A DNA stretch of 64,000 nt from Eledone cirrhosa (Eukaryota): positions 36,580,001 through 36,644,000 of the forward strand of contig OZ024741.1 of the NCBI GenBank assembly GCA_964016885.1, given 5' to 3'. The notes beneath the pieces are model-generated. The model ran no database searches. It had not been told where the DNA came from and saw only the letters and a list, made by a program, of their open reading frames with translations. A program made the translations under genes and the position numbers. Each line of letters begins with the position of its first letter. Positions within the stretch are counted from its first letter, which is position 1. This document shows positions 48,132-61,799 of the stretch, one piece after another.

Positions 48132-51100
48132 ATCATCATCATCATTCGTCGACTACTGTCGAGATGATGGATCTCACACTCATGCCCCAGAATTCCCTGT
48201 CCCCCATCGCTGCCCCCAGGTCCTGTCTACTGATTCCCGAATCCCTAGAGATAACGTCAGGGAATGACAGCTTCCTACTCCTAGTCAGGGTTCCAGAGCA
48301 AGAGAGCGGATATGATTTCATTGCTGGCACGGTGACAGTGGCCAGAAAATTGAGCTCTCCGGGATTTTAGAAGGGCAGAGGCTCGAGGGAGTTTGCCATA
48401 GATTTTAGACAAGGTGGGATGTCGTTTCCAGGATAGGTTTTGCACTCATTAAGAGGCGGGTATATGTGCCATCCAATCTCCTCTCAAGTTGTGATGTTAG
48501 TGTCCAAGTTTCGGATCCATAAAGTAATATGGGCTTAATGGTTGCTTGGAATATTTCCAGTTTTAGCTTGTTGGTAAGTTGAGATGTCCATATGGCGTGC
48601 ATGTCATTGCACGCTGACCATGCCATACCCTTCCTGGTTAGAAAATCTTTTTTGGAGGAGGAGATATATGAGCCAAGATACTTGTAATCTTCCACCTGCT
48701 TAAGGGTGGTACCATTAAGGGTTCTGATGGGGTAATTTGGGCTGTTTGCGCATCTGTTCACATACTCAGTCTTGGATTCGTTGAGGTACAGTCCAACACA
48801 GTTGGACGCTTGCTCTAATGACTTCAAAAGACTCTCAGCATTTTCCAGTGACCGACTGATCAATGCGATGTCGTCAGCAAAGTCGGTGTCGGTCAAGTAT
48901 TTTGCTGGGTAGCGTGAGCTTCTCCTAGGCTGTAGTTGGTATCCCCTATCCTGAATCCTATCCACAGACATGCGCAAAACATAATCCACAACAATGATAA
49001 ATAGATACGGAGCAAGGGTATCGCCCTGTAAAATTCCAGCGAGGATTGAGAAAGGTGGTGGTCAGGACAGTTGATTTGGTATCTGTATACATTACACGTA
49101 TGGCCGCGATGATTTTATCAGGAATCCCATAGAGTTGTAGAATTTCAAACATCCCCGACCTGTCAACTGAGTCGAAGGCTTTTGAAAAATCAACAAAGAT
49201 GAGTGCAAGGTCTAGATTGCGGTTTTGGGACTCCTCTATAAGTCGGCGAAGGCAGAGAATCTGGCTAAGTGTTGATCTACCTCTCCTAAATCCATTCTGG
49301 TTGTTACGAAGGATTGGCTCAAGAAATGGGATTAAGCGGTTAAGAAGAAGCTTGTTGTATATTTTTGCAGCAATTGCCATGAGAGAAATTCCTCTATAGT
49401 TGGTGGCTAAAGAAAGATCTCCTTTTTGGGGCATGGGGATAATTTGAGCTGCATGCCAGACGCTGGGTGGTTTAATGGTCTCGAAAGTATGGTTACATAA
49501 GTTGAGAAAAAGGATGTGGAAATGCTCATCCTTCCAAATCAGGGTAGGTATATTATCCGGCCCAAAGGCTTTTGAGGCTTTGAGCTGTTAGATGGCTTCT
49601 TTGAGCTCAGGCATGGTGAAAGGAGAGGTGTTGATTCCTAAAGGCTCTGAAACCTGAACGGATGGCAGTTGATAGTTATCAGGGAGTCTGGCCTTTTTCC
49701 CTAGAAGGTTTTTAAAATGAGCAGACCAATTTTCAAGACATTTTTTGGCAGAGCCTCCTTTGAGTCTAACTGCAGAGTTTGAGTTTTTGCCTGAAAGATC
49801 TTTGACAACCTTCCAAGCAAGATGATGGTGTTTGCTGATGTGATGTTGCGATAGCTGATCAATCCTGCCTGAGATATAGTCGGCTTCAGCATTAATATAA
49901 GCATCGTCTAGTGATTTTTTGGCCATGATAAGCTGTACCTTTTTCCCTTGAGATGGTGATTGATGGTGAGATTGGGATATTGACCTAAGATGGGCCCTTG
50001 CCTCAACTACCTCTCTGAGGCACTAGGTTTCATTTGGCTTCGGCTTTTCTTTTTAGGTAGGGTGGCAAGTGCAACTTCCTCTGTTGATTGCTTAAGACAG
50101 TCATACACATCTTCAATATTATCGTCATTGATGTCAGAAGTTGAGAGAGATTGAAATCTGTTATAGACTTGAAGCGTGAAGCTATTGGATAGTTGTTTGT
50201 TGGAAGAAACGGCATTCCAGTCTATTCTTTTCATGGGATGAGGTTCGGCCCTCTTGGATATCCTGAGACTAAGTTTGATTATTGCCGAGATGACTCAATG
50301 ATCTGAGCCGACAGAGCTAAAGGAGGAATAAGATCTAGAATTTTTGATTGAGTTTCTCCATTTCTTGCGAAATATCAAATAGTCAATCTGAGCTCGTTTT
50401 TGGTTTGGGTATTCGAAGGTCCAAAGTTGGCCTCTGGTCTTCATGAAGCTGTTGTTTGAGCTGAATAGACTGAATTCTTCCATGAAGTCCTTGAGATATT
50501 CCCCGTTTCGGTTAGTAACCCTATTGTATGTGAACTTTACTTCGTCCGGGCCAAGTTGAGCGTTGAGGTCTCCAGCGATGATAAGAAAGTTGTGTAAGGG
50601 TACTTGCTCAACAACTGTGCAAAGGGTCGTGTAGAATTCTCCTACCTCATCCTCAGGAGAGGCGTTATGACGACTGTATACACATATCGCAGTGGTTCTA
50701 GGATTGCCCTCTAGTGTAAGCACCAAGATTCTGGGAGAGATTGTTTCAATCCCCAGAAGATTATTGCTGGCTTTAGATGAGAGAAGGCAGCCGACTCCTC
50801 CGACGGAGGCATTGACAGGGTTCTTGGTGGCTGAAGAGGTGACAAGTTGGTAGGATCCTAGGGTGTGATACTTGAGATCATCCTTTGGATGGAAAAAGTG
50901 GTGTTCTTGGACCGCAAGGATGTCAATATTCTGAAGTTTGGCATTCTCTGCCAGCTCCTGGAGTCTACCTGTTGGAAGGAGGGTTCTGGTGTTCAAGGAG
51001 CTAACTATTATTTGCTTTTTACAGCTAGCCAAGCGAGATTTGCTTGTTGTTTGGTTAGGACCTGTTTCTTCTCCATCAGATGAACCCCGTCCCTTGAGAT

Positions 51101-51660
51101 TTGAGGATTCATCATCATTCGATGCCTTTGTAGGTGCATTATGATCAGAAACAGGATCCGGGAAAGCAGGGGCTGGACCTATATCAACAGGTATACCATA
51201 TAGTGTGGTTCCCTGAGGAACAGGAACCCTGGTGCAGTTAGTTGCGAAATCCATCATCTTTTCAAATAGCTAATAATGTGTGTGGGCGCCACTACTACAC
51301 ACATGTGAAAGAATTTGACAGCCAAGTCTTGAAGAAGGTGCTTTCTCCTCCGTGTGGTGGGTTACCCGGCGCCAGATACCAACCTGGCATTTATACCCTC
51401 GCCCTAATTGTTCGTGTTGCAAGCACTAGAGTAGTTGCTAACCAAAGCTACGGACCCACTCTATCCATCTGGAGATACGTTGTACTAGCTTACCAGCATA
51501 CTAGTAGCAGGAAGTTGACTTTTCCGGCACTGCAGCGCCTTTCGGCGGGCCGTGCTGGTTTTGGATGGCCATTGACTCCAAGAGCTCTTAAGATAGATCA
51601 TACATACATTCCAAAAAAAGACAGCCTTGTCAATGAATGTCATGCTAATTCAGCTAGGTA
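48132..51660 (-). mobile_element. Near full-length RTE-like (RTE/RTEX) LINE of a second family, frameshifted
   Basis: Endonuclease ORF 50295-51257 (LNTRTL, AVQE, AGDLNA, IDY, SDH). RT fragments (NYRGISL, FVDFSKAFDSV, FADDIAL, YKYLG, LLYGSETW). (GAT)n tail at 48132-48146. The 5' end is approximate. Confidence 0.9.
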
Positions 51661-51799
51661 ATTATATTAAGGGTACATATGTAGCAAAATCTCTTCGCAC
51701 ATACTGACCCCCCCCCCCCCCCCCGAATGACATCTGGCTGCTATTTCTCTTTACCATCTTGGGTTGGTGTCAGCTAAATGATGGTGGCGGTGGGGGTGG

Positions 51800-52260
51800 G
51801 TCAGCTGATTATATTGACCTTAGTACTTTACTGATACTTTATTTCATTGACCCCAGAAGGATGAAATGAAAAGTTGACCCTGGGGAGATTTGAACTCAGA
51901 ACATAAAGGGCCGGAACAAATACCGCAAAGCATTTTTCTGATGCTCTAATAAATTAGACAATCACAGCATATAATGGTTTCTTGACAACCAGCCAACAGG
52001 GGGAAAGTCGATTAAATCGACCCCAGTGCATTACTGGTACTTTATTTTATTGACCCAATAAGGATGAAAGGCAAAGCTAACCTCAGCAGGATTTGAACTC
52101 AGAATGTAAAGAGACATAACAATCCATTTATAATGATTTTTTTCTACTTTAAGCACAAGGCCAGCAATTTGAAGGGGAGGGGAAAGTCGATTAAATCGAC
52201 TGGTGCTTTATGTTATCAACCCCATGAGGATGAAAGGCAAAGCTAACCTCGGCGGGATTT
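51800..52260 (-). mobile_element. Cluster of three Deu/Nin-domain SINE copies
   Basis: Three repeats of gacccc...ggatgaaaggcaaagctaacctc...gattt; the last is cut by the CR1 insertion. Confidence 0.7.
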
Positions 52261-55067
52261 AATAATAATAATAATAATGAAATATTGTGTACAGTGCTCA
52301 GGTGCACTACAACTCATCAAAAAGTGTATGTATAGTACATGGGGTAATGTACAAACGTCAGGAAAATGAACAGTGCATGAGTCATGATATACACATGTGT
52401 GCATGTGTATGGAAGGGGTACATCAGCTAACAACTGACGCAAGCAGTTTGTTCCATGCTTCAGCAGCTCTGAGCGTGAAAAAATGTTTCCGAAAGTCATG
52501 GGAGCTGTGCTGTTTTCTGACTTTGTAGGCATGTCCACGTGTGTTAGACACATGGAGATCAAAAAGGTGCTCAGGGTTGTTGTTGGCGAGATGGTTAATA
52601 ACTTTGTGGATGTTTACCAAATCCATCGCCAGACGTCGGAGCTTCAATGAATCCATGCCCAGGGAAGCAAGGCGTTCAGAGTATGGTAGGTGTCTGATGG
52701 AGGATATGCGCTTGGTTGCACGTCTCTGAACAGTTTCCAGGAGGTCAATGTTCTGAGCAAGATAGGGGTTCCAGACTGATGATGCGAATTCCAAGTGTGG
52801 TCATACCATAGCTGCATACAGCTTTAAATAGATGGCTGGAGAGCGGCTAACAAAGGTCTTGCTGAGTGATGCCAAGACACCCTCGGCCTTCTTGACAATC
52901 TTAGAGACATGCTTTGTCCAACTCAAATCACTGCTGACAGTAATGCCCAGGTCACGTTCACAAGAGGACTTCTTGATATCAGTGTTGTGGAGGGAGTATG
53001 TGGACGCTGGATTTTTCCTCCCAAAATGCATGGTGGTACACTTATCCACAGCCAGCTTCAGTTGCCAGTCTGTGATCCATTGCTGCATAGTGTCCAGGTC
53101 TGATTGTAGGAAAGAGTTGTAGATTTCAGGATCAGTCCTTTTGATTTCAAGGTACAGCTTGATGTCATCTGCATATTTCAGTACCGTGGCATTCTGTAAG
53201 TTGGCATCTATGTCATTAATATATGCCACAAACAAAAGGGGACCAAGAGCAGATCCCTGTGGTACACCAGATGACATCTCATATGGTGAAGAATGCTGTC
53301 CTAGAACCGTGACTACCTCTTTTCAGCTGAGAATGAAGGATTTCAACCAGTTAAAAAGATCATCCCTCACACCCATTGCAGAGAGTTTTGCCATAAGTCT
53401 TTTGTGTGGCACAGAATTAAAAGCCTTAGCGAAGTCAAGGTAAACAACATCCACCCATGAGCTGCCGTCAGTGATCCAGGGAATGTCTTCAAGGAACTCG
53501 ATAAGCTGATCACAGCAGCTGGAGTTAGGGATAAATCCAAACTGCGAGGGCCGGATGAGGCTGTGAGAGCTCCAGAAGTTCCAAAGTGTTTCTCTGACAT
53601 AGGATTCCATCAGTTTGGCAATACAGCTAGTAAGACTGACTGGACGACAGTTGACAGGTGACATGCGGTCACCCTTTTTAAACAGGGGAATGACACTGGC
53701 AGTTTTCTACTGCTCCGGAGTAGCACCATTGTTGAGACAGTATTGAAAGAAGAAAGAAAGCTGGTGCAAAAGGAAGTACCCGCCACGTTTGAGAAGCAGG
53801 TATGTAACACCATCAAGACCAGGCGAGGCATAGTTGCGCTTATTCTTAAGGTGACGTCGCAACATTGCAGGTGTAAATTCCATAGTTCTTATGGAATTTG
53901 ATGTTAGAGATGGTGGAGATGGTACATTCTGGTTTTCAACAGTAAAAATGCTTGCATAGCACTCAGCAATGAGTTCTGTGCATTCTTTGGGGTCGTCAGT
54001 CATCTGGCTTGTGTGGGGATTGCGAAGAGGATCAACTGGAGAGTGAAGTCTCTGCTTTGAATGAACATATTTCCAGAACACCTTACTGTTAGGATTGGTT
54101 GCTATGCACTGTTCAAATTCAAGCACTGCCTTTTTTGTCACTTGCTTGAGATGGTTAGAAGATTTATTCTGCTTTTTTCTGTTGGCATCTGATTTATGCA
54201 GTTTATATTCCCGTTCAGCGTTCCGACGTTCTTTCCTGGCAAGTCGGACCGCTGAAGTTTCCCAAATTGCACTTTTGGGGTGGGTTTTTTTCTGCTTACG
54301 TGGCACCGATGCTGCACATGGTATCCATATTGAGTCCAGGATGCTCTGGAGTATAGTGTTCACATCTCCAGAGTTATAGAACTCATACCAGTTTGGGCAC
54401 TATAGTTCAGTGCAGTACAAGTTCCAATCTGCCCTCTTCCAATCAAAGCAAGCAGATTGGAGATGGTTCTGGTTTTTGTTGCTGCCCGCAAGAGCCAGAT
54501 TGGCAATGATCATAGCATGATCAGAGTCGCCTATAGGTTCCTCAGTAGTACAACTGATAACCACTTCAGGAATAGTGGTGAAGATCAGGTCCAAAGTGTT
54601 GTCACCTCTTGTTGGAGAGGTGACTACTTGTGACCAGTTTGAGTCCAGCACTAGCTCAAGGAAATCGTTTGCACTTTGTGGCCAACGAAAGGTTTCCCAA
54701 TCGATCTCAGGATGATTGAAGTCACCTACAATAAACACATAAGTGGCTGTTTTCCTGGCAGCAGCTCTGAGGATATCGCAAAGCTGTGTGTCCTGATGGT
54801 AGTTGGGGGGGGGGGGGGCGATAAACAACACCAAGCAGAAGTGTTGACATGGTCATACGTATGTCACAAAAAAAAATTTCTTCTTGTGATTCGTTCAAAT
54901 CAACGCAAGGAATTACCGAAAAGTTTGAACGAACGTAGACCATCACACCACCACCATGGCGATTAATACGGTCCTTGCGGAAAAGATTGTACCCAGTAAT
55001 GCTGAAAACCCCATCACAGAGTAAGGAATGTGCCCAGGTTTCCGTGACTGTGATGAAGTCAGGGTCG
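52261..55067 (-). mobile_element. CR1-clade LINE, 5'-truncated, with stops and frameshifts
   Basis: VGDFNHP, TRGDNTLDL, SDH, YLDFAKAF, SGVPQGSALGP, YADDIKL, ERDLGI and TRGH motifs; (TAT)n tail at 52261-52278. Confidence 0.92.
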
Positions 55068-55179
55068 ATGTGAAGGCCTGTAACTCTATGCCGCGAAGCT
55101 TGGTGTCCAAGGCTCTACCGATACTGCCAATCTGCTGCATAACAATGGATAAATACATATTAGTGAAAACAGAGACATA

Positions 55180-56449
55180 TCATCATCATCATCATCATCG
55201 TTTAACGTCCCTGTTCCACGCTAGCATGGGTTTGGATGGGGGTTTTCCCACTTGAGGCAAGAGTGGTTGTCTTGCTCGCATAGGACTGTCTGGCGGGTTT
55301 TCTACAGCTGGATGCCCTTCCTAACACCAACCATATTTACAGTGTGGGGCTGGGAGGTTTTTACCGTGTTGCCTACACGGCCACATTACAGCGTGGACTG
55401 TCTGGCGTGTTTTCTACAGCTGGATGCCCTTCCTAACACCAACCACATTTACAGTGTGGGGCTGGGAGGTTTTTACCGTGTTGCCTACACGGTCACATTA
55501 CAGCGTGGACTGTGTATTTTTTTGTCGTGACACCTACACGATCTCGTTTGTTTCGGCCTGGATGTTGTGGCACCAACATAACTTTGCATTGAAGGGGGCG
55601 GTGTGGATGGGGTGGGACGGGGGTGTATTTTGTTAGAGATGCCTGCTGACTAGTAGGTTTTACTTTGTATTTAGGTAAGGCGGGTCTTCTCTGTTACTGA
55701 GTACCGCCAAAGGTCTTGGAGAGGTGTAAGTGTGTGAGGTCGGAATTTATCAGCTTGTCCCAGGTTTTCCTGGGTCTGCCTACTCCGTGGCTACCATCTA
55801 TCTTTATTGCCCTGCACTTTGTTATACAGCTGTCGTCTTTCATGCGCATCACGTGACCATACCAATGTAGCCTTCTCTCGAGTAAACAACATCTGATCCC
55901 TCTTATTTCTAATTTTTTCCTTAGTTCGTTTATGCTTTGCCGTTCACGTATATTACTGTTACACATCCAGCGGAGCATGCAAGCTTCGTTCCTCTCTAGT
56001 CTGCGTATATCCTCTGCACACAATGCCCAGGTCTCACTGCCATGCAACATTGCTGTTCGTATGCAGGCATCATACAACCTGCCTTTCATTTTTAGAGAGA
56101 ACCCTTTAGCGGCCAATAGTGGTATAAGCTCTCTGAACTTTTTCCATCCAGTTCTGACTCTAGCTACTGTACTTTCAGAGCACCCTCCCCCCACTGCTCA
56201 TTTTGTCACCCAGGTAACAGAAGCTGTCCACTATTTCTATAGAACCCTCTGCGCAATTGAAAGAGTTAGTATTCTGTGGGCACTTGCTGCTACTTATTGC
56301 ACCAGAGCACCGGCCACATGTAAAATCTGTGTTCTTAGTTAGCTTACCTGTGATCCCACTACATCTTTTATGCACCCATACTTTGCATTTGGGACATAAA
56401 ATGGAGTTTCTACCTACGCCTTTCCTACACACTGAGCATGGCCATTTCC
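55180..56449 (-). mobile_element. 5'-truncated RTE LINE copy with a ~120-bp duplication in the 3' UTR
   Basis: ORFs 56175-56459 and 55694-56194 match the 38-41 kb family; (CAT)n at 55180-55199. Confidence 0.92.
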
Positions 56450-57544
56450 AAATAAACAAAACATTTTAGAGTGAAGAAACCAATCGTTTTACATGCTATC
56501 AATCAGTGACTGTGATTCACAGATTTGTTTGTAGGCTTGTGTCAAACAACTGGTATCACGTGTAGGATGGAACATAAAGGGACGTAATTCTATGCTACAA
56601 AGCATATTGTCTGACATTCTACTGATACTGCCATTCCACTGTCTTTGCATATAATGGTTTCTGATTTAGGTACAAGACCAACAATTTTCAATGGGGAGGA
56701 GAAAGTTGATTAAATTGACCCCAGTGCATTACTCATACTTTATTTTATCGACCCCTTAAGGATGAAAGGCAAAGCTAACCTTGGCAGGATTTGAACTCAG
56801 AATGTAAATGGCCGTAACTCTATGCTGCAGAACTTGGTTTCCGACACTACTGATACTGCTAATCCACCACCCTGTCTTTGCATATAATGCAATTCTCAGG
56901 GAGATTCAGCATGACACAGTGTGTGAGACAACTACACTTTGAATTACATATATAACTCCAGCTGAGTGGACTGGAACAACACAAAATTAAGTGTCTTGCT
57001 CAAGGATAAAACATGCCACTGGGAAATGATCTCATGAGATCTTACAACCATAAACTGAACACCTTTACCACTAAGCCACACACCTTCATGAAAAAAAATA
57101 AGTTGCTGTAGAAAACCATCAATCAGTAAATCTAGGAGTAGAGGAGTGTTTTATGTCCACCCACCATCACAATGTGTTGAGGTGGGCAGGGGGAGGGTCA
57201 GTGTTGGAGTTGGTGGGAAGGTTTGGCAGCTTGGTATGGGTGAGAACTGAGGGTAGGGTCAGGAGGAATTACTGGAAACCTTTCCTGGGGTTGATGTGTC
57301 ACAGGGATACTCCCTAATGGCATGTGAAGTTGAGACATGAAAGAGAAGGCAGGGTGGAGGGGAGCCTGTGTGTGTATGATGATGATGGTTGGGTGGGTGG
57401 AGAAGAGAATATAATAAAGTGATGGGGTGGAGAAATGTTGTGTGGGGTATGGGGAAGGGATAATTGACTGTAAAGGAATTAATTTAGGTGTGGCTTGGCT
57501 TGGCTGGTTCGTTTGGTGTGGTACTTTGCTTCAGTTGTCACATT

Positions 57545-57930
57545 AGTGTGGTGGTGATGGTGGCAATGGTGGTGGTGATGGCAGTGGTGGTGGTGATAGT
57601 GGCAATGGTGATGGTGGCGATGGTGCTGGTGGCGATGGTGCTGGTGGTGGCAATGGTGGTGGTGGTGATGGTGGTAGTGGTGTGGTTGGTGGCGATGGTG
57701 GTGGTAGTGGTAGAGGTGATGGTGGTGGTGGTAGTGATGGTGGTAGTGGTGGCGATGGTGATGGTGGTGGCAATGGTGGTGGTGGTGATGGTGGCAGTGG
57801 TGGTGGTAGTGGTAGTGGCGATGGTGATTGTGGTGGTGGTCGTCTCGGCATCATCCGTGGTTGTCATAGTCATTGTGGTGGTGGTGGCGACGGAGGTGGT
57901 GTAGGGTGGTGATAGTGGTGGTAGCAATGG
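57545..57930. repeat. (GGT)n-type degenerate trinucleotide tract
   Basis: Directly visible. Confidence 0.9.
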
Positions 57931-58113
57931 TTGATGGTAGTCTGAACCAGCAGTTGAGAGGGTAGTTGGGTGGTTGTAGTAGATAAATATGTTAAAGAGA
58001 GTAGAGTGGGGTGGGTGAGGTGAAGGGATGAATGGAATATTCAGTCATACATATATAAATACACACACACACATATGTGTGTGTGTATATATGTGTGTGT
58101 GTATGTATGTGTC

Positions 58114-58145
<32 letters not shown>

Positions 58146-58146
<1 letters not shown>

Positions 58147-58410
58147 CATCATCATCATCATCATAATCATCTTCATCATTTTACGTCCGCTCTTCCCTGC
58201 TTGTAAGGGTGGGACGGGTCCTATTCAACACAGCATCTGTCCACTTGTCACAGTCCTTCGTGCTCTCCTCCATGAGCTTCGGCGATCTGAGGTCTGCTCT
58301 CAACACCTCTGCCCATGTTTTTCGTGGTCTTCCTCTACTGCATCTTCCTTCTCCTGGGATTTCTTGGCACTTCTTTACCCAGCAGTCATCCTCCGTGCGC
58401 ATCGCATGTC
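58146..58410 (-). mobile_element. RTE LINE 3' fragment
   Basis: GHAMR...RGRPRKTWAEVL peptide and (CAT)n tail. Confidence 0.75.
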
Positions 58411-59060
58411 CCGAGAAGAAGGTGTAGTAAGGAACCAGGTGGACCATAACACACCAGAATACTCGATACTTAGGGTAGTAGAGTGGGTAATAGGAAAAGA
58501 GTCAGGACTCCGATGGCTGAGCTCCAGCCGTTTCGACAACTAGGTGCTGAATCTTTTCCTATATATATCATCATCATCATCATCATCATCGTTTAACGTC
58601 CATGTTCCACGTTAGCATGGGTTTGGACGGGAGTTTTCCCACTTGAGGCAAGAGTGGTTGTCTTGCTCGCATAGGACTGTCTGGCGGGTTTTCTACGGCT
58701 GGATGCCCTTCCTAACACCAACCACATTTACAGTATGGGTCTGGGAGGTTTTTACCGTGTTGCCTACACAGCCACATTACAGCGTGGACTGTGTGTTTTT
58801 TTGTCGTGACACCTACACGATCTCATTTGTTTCGGAATGTTTGATATAAAAATGACTTCTACATGACTAGAATTGTTTCATTCAAATTTTTTTTAATGCA
58901 ACACCTCTAGTTCAATAGAAGCCATTTCTATATTAAACATGATGTTTACACTCTACTAATGTATTGAGTACTTTACTTACTGTTGTTACCCCCCCCAATT
59001 GAAACCGGGACTCACACAACACACATACACATATATATATTATATATACATATATAATAT

Positions 59061-59300
59061 GAGGGCATATGGCTTAGTGGTTAAAGCATTGGGTTTACAA
59101 TTGTAAGGTTGTGAGTTTGATTCTCAGACGGAGTGATGTGTTGCATCCTTGAGCAAGATACTTTATTTCATGCTCCTCCAGTTTACTCAGCTGTAGAAAT
59201 GAGTTACAATGTCACTGGTGCCAAGCTGTATCGGCCTTAGCTTTTCCTTTGGACGGTGGCATGGAGAGGGGAGACTGGTATGCATGAGCGACTGCTGATC
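59061..59300 (+). mobile_element. CORE-type SINE with a different 3' half
   Basis: Same tRNA-like head and CORE segment, then gagttacaatgtcactggtgccaagc. Confidence 0.7.
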
Positions 59301-59402
59301 TTTCTTTCTGGTTCGAATGTCTCAGGAAAGAATCGCTGGACAGATTTTATGGGCAGGTGACCCAGGAGTAGACCCTGAGCAAGATGGTTGGATAACATCC
59401 AA

Positions 59403-60586
59403 CCTGGCTAAGACTAAAGTTCTAGTTTGTAGGAAAGAAAATAAGGCGCCGGTCCCTTCCGGGAAATGACCATGCTCAGTGTGTAGGAAAGGCGTAGGTA
59501 GAAACTCCATTTTATGTCCCAAATGCAAAGTATGGGTGCATAAAAGATGTAGTGGGATCACAGGTAAGCTAACTAAGAACATAGATTTTACATGTGGCCG
59601 GTGCTCTGGTGCAATAAGTAGCAGCAAGTGCCCACAAAATACTAGCTCTTTCAATTGCGCAGAGGGTTCTATAGAAATAGTGGACAGCTTCCGTTACCTG
59701 GGTGACAAAATCAGCAGTGGGGGAGGGTGCTCTGAAAGTACAGTAGCTAGAGTCAGAACTGGATGGAAAAAGTTCAGAGAGCTTATACCACTATTAGCTG
59801 CTAAAGGGTTCTCCCTAAAAATGAAAGGCAGGTTGTATGATGCCTACATACGAACAGCAATGTTGCATGGCAGTGAGACCTGGGCATTGTGTGCAGAGGA
59901 TATACGCAGACTAGAGAGGAACGAAGCTTGCATGCTCCGCTGGATGTGTAATAGTAATATACGTGAACGGCAAAGCATAAACGAACTAAGGGAAAAATTA
60001 GAAATAAGAGGGATCAGATGTTGTTTACTCGAGAGAAGGCTACGTTGGTATGGTCACGTGATGCGCATGAAAGACGACAGCTGTATAAAAAAGTACAGGG
60101 CAATAAAGATAGACGGTAGCCACGGAGTAGGCAGACCCAGAAAAACCTGGGACGACCTGATAAATTCCGACCTCACACACTTACACCTCTCCAAGACAAT
60201 GTCACTGGACTGAGATCTTTGGCGGTACTCAGTAATAGAGAAGACCCGCCTTACAAAGTAACACCTACTACAGTCAGTAGGCATCTCTAACAAAATACAC
60301 CCCCGTCCCACCACCCCCACCCCATCCACACTGCCCCTTTCAATGTAAAGTTATGTTGGTGCCACAACATCCAGGCCGAAACAAATGAGATCGTGTAGGT
60401 GTCACGACAAAAAAAAAACACAGTCCACGCTGTAATGTGACCGTGTAGGCAACACGGTAAAAACCTCCCAGCCCCACACTGCGAGCAAGACAACCACTCT
60501 TGCCTCAAGTCGGAAAACTCCCGTCCAAACCCATGCAAGCGTGGAACATGGACGTTAAACGATGATGATAATGATGATGATGATGA
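59403..60586 (+). mobile_element. 5'-truncated RTE LINE copy
   Basis: ORF 59479-60213 (244 aa) is nearly identical to the family C-terminus including the Cys/His finger; (GAT)n tail present. Confidence 0.93.
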
Positions 60587-61799
60587 ACTAGGCTGGTCTC
60601 GCTTGGGGATCCAGCCAGATCAATTGGAGACGGTTGCTTCTTACAGGACCACTGGAAGGAGTGTTTCAGGACTCTGCCCCCACGACCCTCTCAGGAATAA
60701 GTGGGTAAAGAAGATATATTACTAGTCACTAGTTAAGATTAGTGTTCAACTTAGTATTCTATACTTAAGGAAAATAAAGTGGAGATATTATTACGGGGAT
60801 TCTTTACCCATTTTCCCCACTGACTAAGCTTATACTATTTTGATAACAAAAGAAATTTTACTATGAAAATAGTATAAGCTTAGCTATCCAGCAAAGAGTC
60901 CCTAGAATAATATGATGAGTCCTAGAGCTAATCATCTGTGAAACATATGTAATGTTCAATATCCAATAAAAACATTTTAAAATGAAATTTAGTTTTCTCA
61001 TACATACTTTATATCATCATTGTTTAATGTTTATTTTCCATGTTTGCATGTTATGAGACAAGTAAGATCAGGAGACCATGCCTTGCTCATATAAATCTGT
61101 ATTTTGGCTTGGTTTCTACAGCTGGATACGCTTCCTAAGACCAACGATATTACAGTGTGGACTGGGTGCTTTTTGTCAGGTCACCTGCAGAACCACCTTA
61201 CATGGTGGACTGGATACTTTTTTGTCATGTCACCAGCACAACCACCCTACAGGATGGATTGGGCATTTTTTCTCGTGTCACCACATGACTACATTACAGG
61301 GTGGACAGTGCTTTTCTTAGTGTCACCAGCACAACTCCTCAACAGAGTGGGCTGTGTACTTTTTCTCACGTGACCAGCACAACCTCTATACTGGGTGGAA
61401 TGGATGTATCTTGTCATGTCACCAGCACAACCATCTTATTGAGTGCATTTGGAGCTGCCTCTTGTCATGTTACTAGTATGATCACCTTACAGGAAGGACT
61501 GGGGGCTTTTGTTGTTGTGGCACCAGATTGCCATACAGGTGGACAAAATGCTTTTTGTAATAGCAGCAACATTATGAAGGGCAGGGAGGGTAGACATGGC
61601 ACATGTCCAGCTTTCCATGCTTGTATGCATGGGTTGAACAGGACAGGAGAGGTACCTCAGAAGTGTTGAAGGTGGGAAGAGAGTATGCAAGCTGGACATG
61701 GATGAGGTGAGTGGGATATTTAGTTGGTGAGGGCTAGGTATTAAGACTGGGAAGGGTGAATGAGGAAGGTAGGGAGATGATTGGTGTTGGCTAATCTCC

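Noticed and set aside
57488-57927. Pro/Thr/Gly-rich ORFs resembling extensin or mucin
   Set aside because: Translations of a (GGT)n low-complexity tract.
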